DNA of 64,000 nucleotides from Convolutriloba macropyga (taxonomy: Eukaryota). The stretch lies in the NCBI RefSeq assembly GCF_964194025.1, contig NC_134474.1, positions 47,554,001 through 47,618,000 of the forward strand, written 5' to 3'. Below the pieces are notes generated by a model. The model worked only from the letters and a program-made list of their open reading frames with translations, made no database searches and had not been told where the DNA came from. Shown one piece after another: positions 62,633 through 64,000 of the stretch (positions within the stretch are counted from its first letter, which is position 1; every line of letters begins with the position of its first letter). The position numbers and the translations under genes were made by a program.

Positions 62633-64000
62633 TCTAAATGTTCCAGGAAAAAGCTTAAGGTTTTGAAAAGTTTTTCTTTTTTGTCTCTGGGGAGCTCGAA
62701 GCATGAAAAGACAAACAAGTATTCCAATTCAAGCTTTCATCTCAAAAAGTAGAATTTTGATATTAAATATTTCCACTATTTTTTCCGTCATTTAGTTGGT
62801 TGACAATGAAATTTGCAATTGAGATGCGTGCAGGTCGCGCTCCATCTGTTTTCTCAAAAGAACTGGTACTCACGACGCAAGATATTACAGAATGTTATAA
62901 TAAATCGTTGAAGTCTACAATGGAGAATTTTTGAAAGACTATGGAATACTTTGGGAAGACTTTCCCGCGTCTAACCTATGTTCCGTGCAACCAAATTGAT
63001 TCGAACGTTAGCCGGGATAAGTCGGCAGAAACATGCGGGCTTAATATATTTTTATCGCGCCCTCGCAAAAAGCTCTTTTTTTCTGACAGTACACAGTCAA
63101 TGGACGTATCCGGGCGTCAATCAATTGTAACCAGGAAATGACCAATAACGCTCTTTTTTTGGCGTCCAAGTTGAATGTATCCATTTGGGTTGAGCAGACG
63201 TCTTTTTATACACAGCAAATCTTGACAAAAAAGGCATCATTAAAAGTATTCACCGGTTTAAAATTTTTAAGTAAATTTATTCACATCTATATCTGGTTCT
63301 CAGTTTTGTATCTTGTGCATCGTAAATGTAGACAGTAATTTCTTGTACTTAATCTTTTTCGTTTGTCTGTAAGTCGAGGCCAGTTTCTTTGATATTAGAT
63401 TTATTTTGGTGCCAGTCCATGTAATGATACAAGATATTGATTTCCTTGACCAAAATGGGATGCTTACTTGCTATATATTTATGATAAATCTTGGCGTACC
63501 CTAAAAAGATCTTGGTAACGTTTCGAATTTCTTGAAACACATGTAAAGATGTTGAAAGTTTGTTCAAATATCGACCAGGAATCTTATCAAAATTTTATCA
63601 AGCTATTTGAAGTTCCGTTTCACTCGGTAGTTGTTATTGTTGGAGCTTAATTTGACCACTCGACTAGAGTTGGAGTCAAAGAGGTTCAAATTAAAGTACT
63701 GATAAAAGCAGCTAGTTGGTTTTACTAGCAGCAAAGTTTGCTCAGCAATATGTGTTCAACTTCGAAAGATAAAGCGACTTAAATGTGAGAGCAACCCTTC
63801 GGAATTTTCAAAATTGGAAGCCCTTGTTTTCTACAATTGGGCACCTTTAAAAGAGTTGTTGGACTGGAATGGTATACTAGAAGGTTAAAGTATTGTGAAT
63901 TCGCCGTTATACTTAACTGTGCCAATATATTACAATCTCAGTTCAAATCTTAAACCTCAGTTTGAAAAGCAGCCAAGCTTTTGGTCTCAAAGGCAAAATA

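Noticed and set aside
62800-64000. Small ORFs near the right edge
   Set aside because: No recognisable motifs or consistent splice structure.

Overview
AT-rich, repeat-dense animal (invertebrate) genomic DNA with spliceosomal introns and several N runs. It is not prokaryotic, and the ORF track cuts the real genes into pieces. Genes rebuilt by hand from GT-AG splice sites: (1) the 3' part of a tandem-NIDO-domain protein, possibly GPI-anchored (+; 8807-9057, 10246-10891, 13330-13553). (2) A complete three-exon, 223-aa, half-size and divergent phytochelatin-synthase-like gene (-; 22077-21873, 19669-19514, 19013-18703) with an intact Cys/His/Asp triad but altered glutathione-binding positions. 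Its promoter and catalytic-Cys first exon are present twice because of a recent 3.26-kb tandem duplication that breaks inside a ~41-bp higher-order satellite. (3) Two head-to-head, two-exon, 491-aa CYP2-like P450 paralogues separated by a decayed Maverick/Polinton-type element (packaging ATPase, integrase and LHDA-motif relics). Mobile DNA includes a frameshifted Ty3/Gypsy element (1-2950), two Helentron/HINE-like elements, several MITE-like or fold-back elements, a tRNA-like sequence, and mini- and microsatellites. The best candidate for an undescribed system is the PCS-like gene with dual first exons next to the P450 pair, a possible detoxification or small-molecule locus. All assignments come from manual translation and motif recall; no searches were run.
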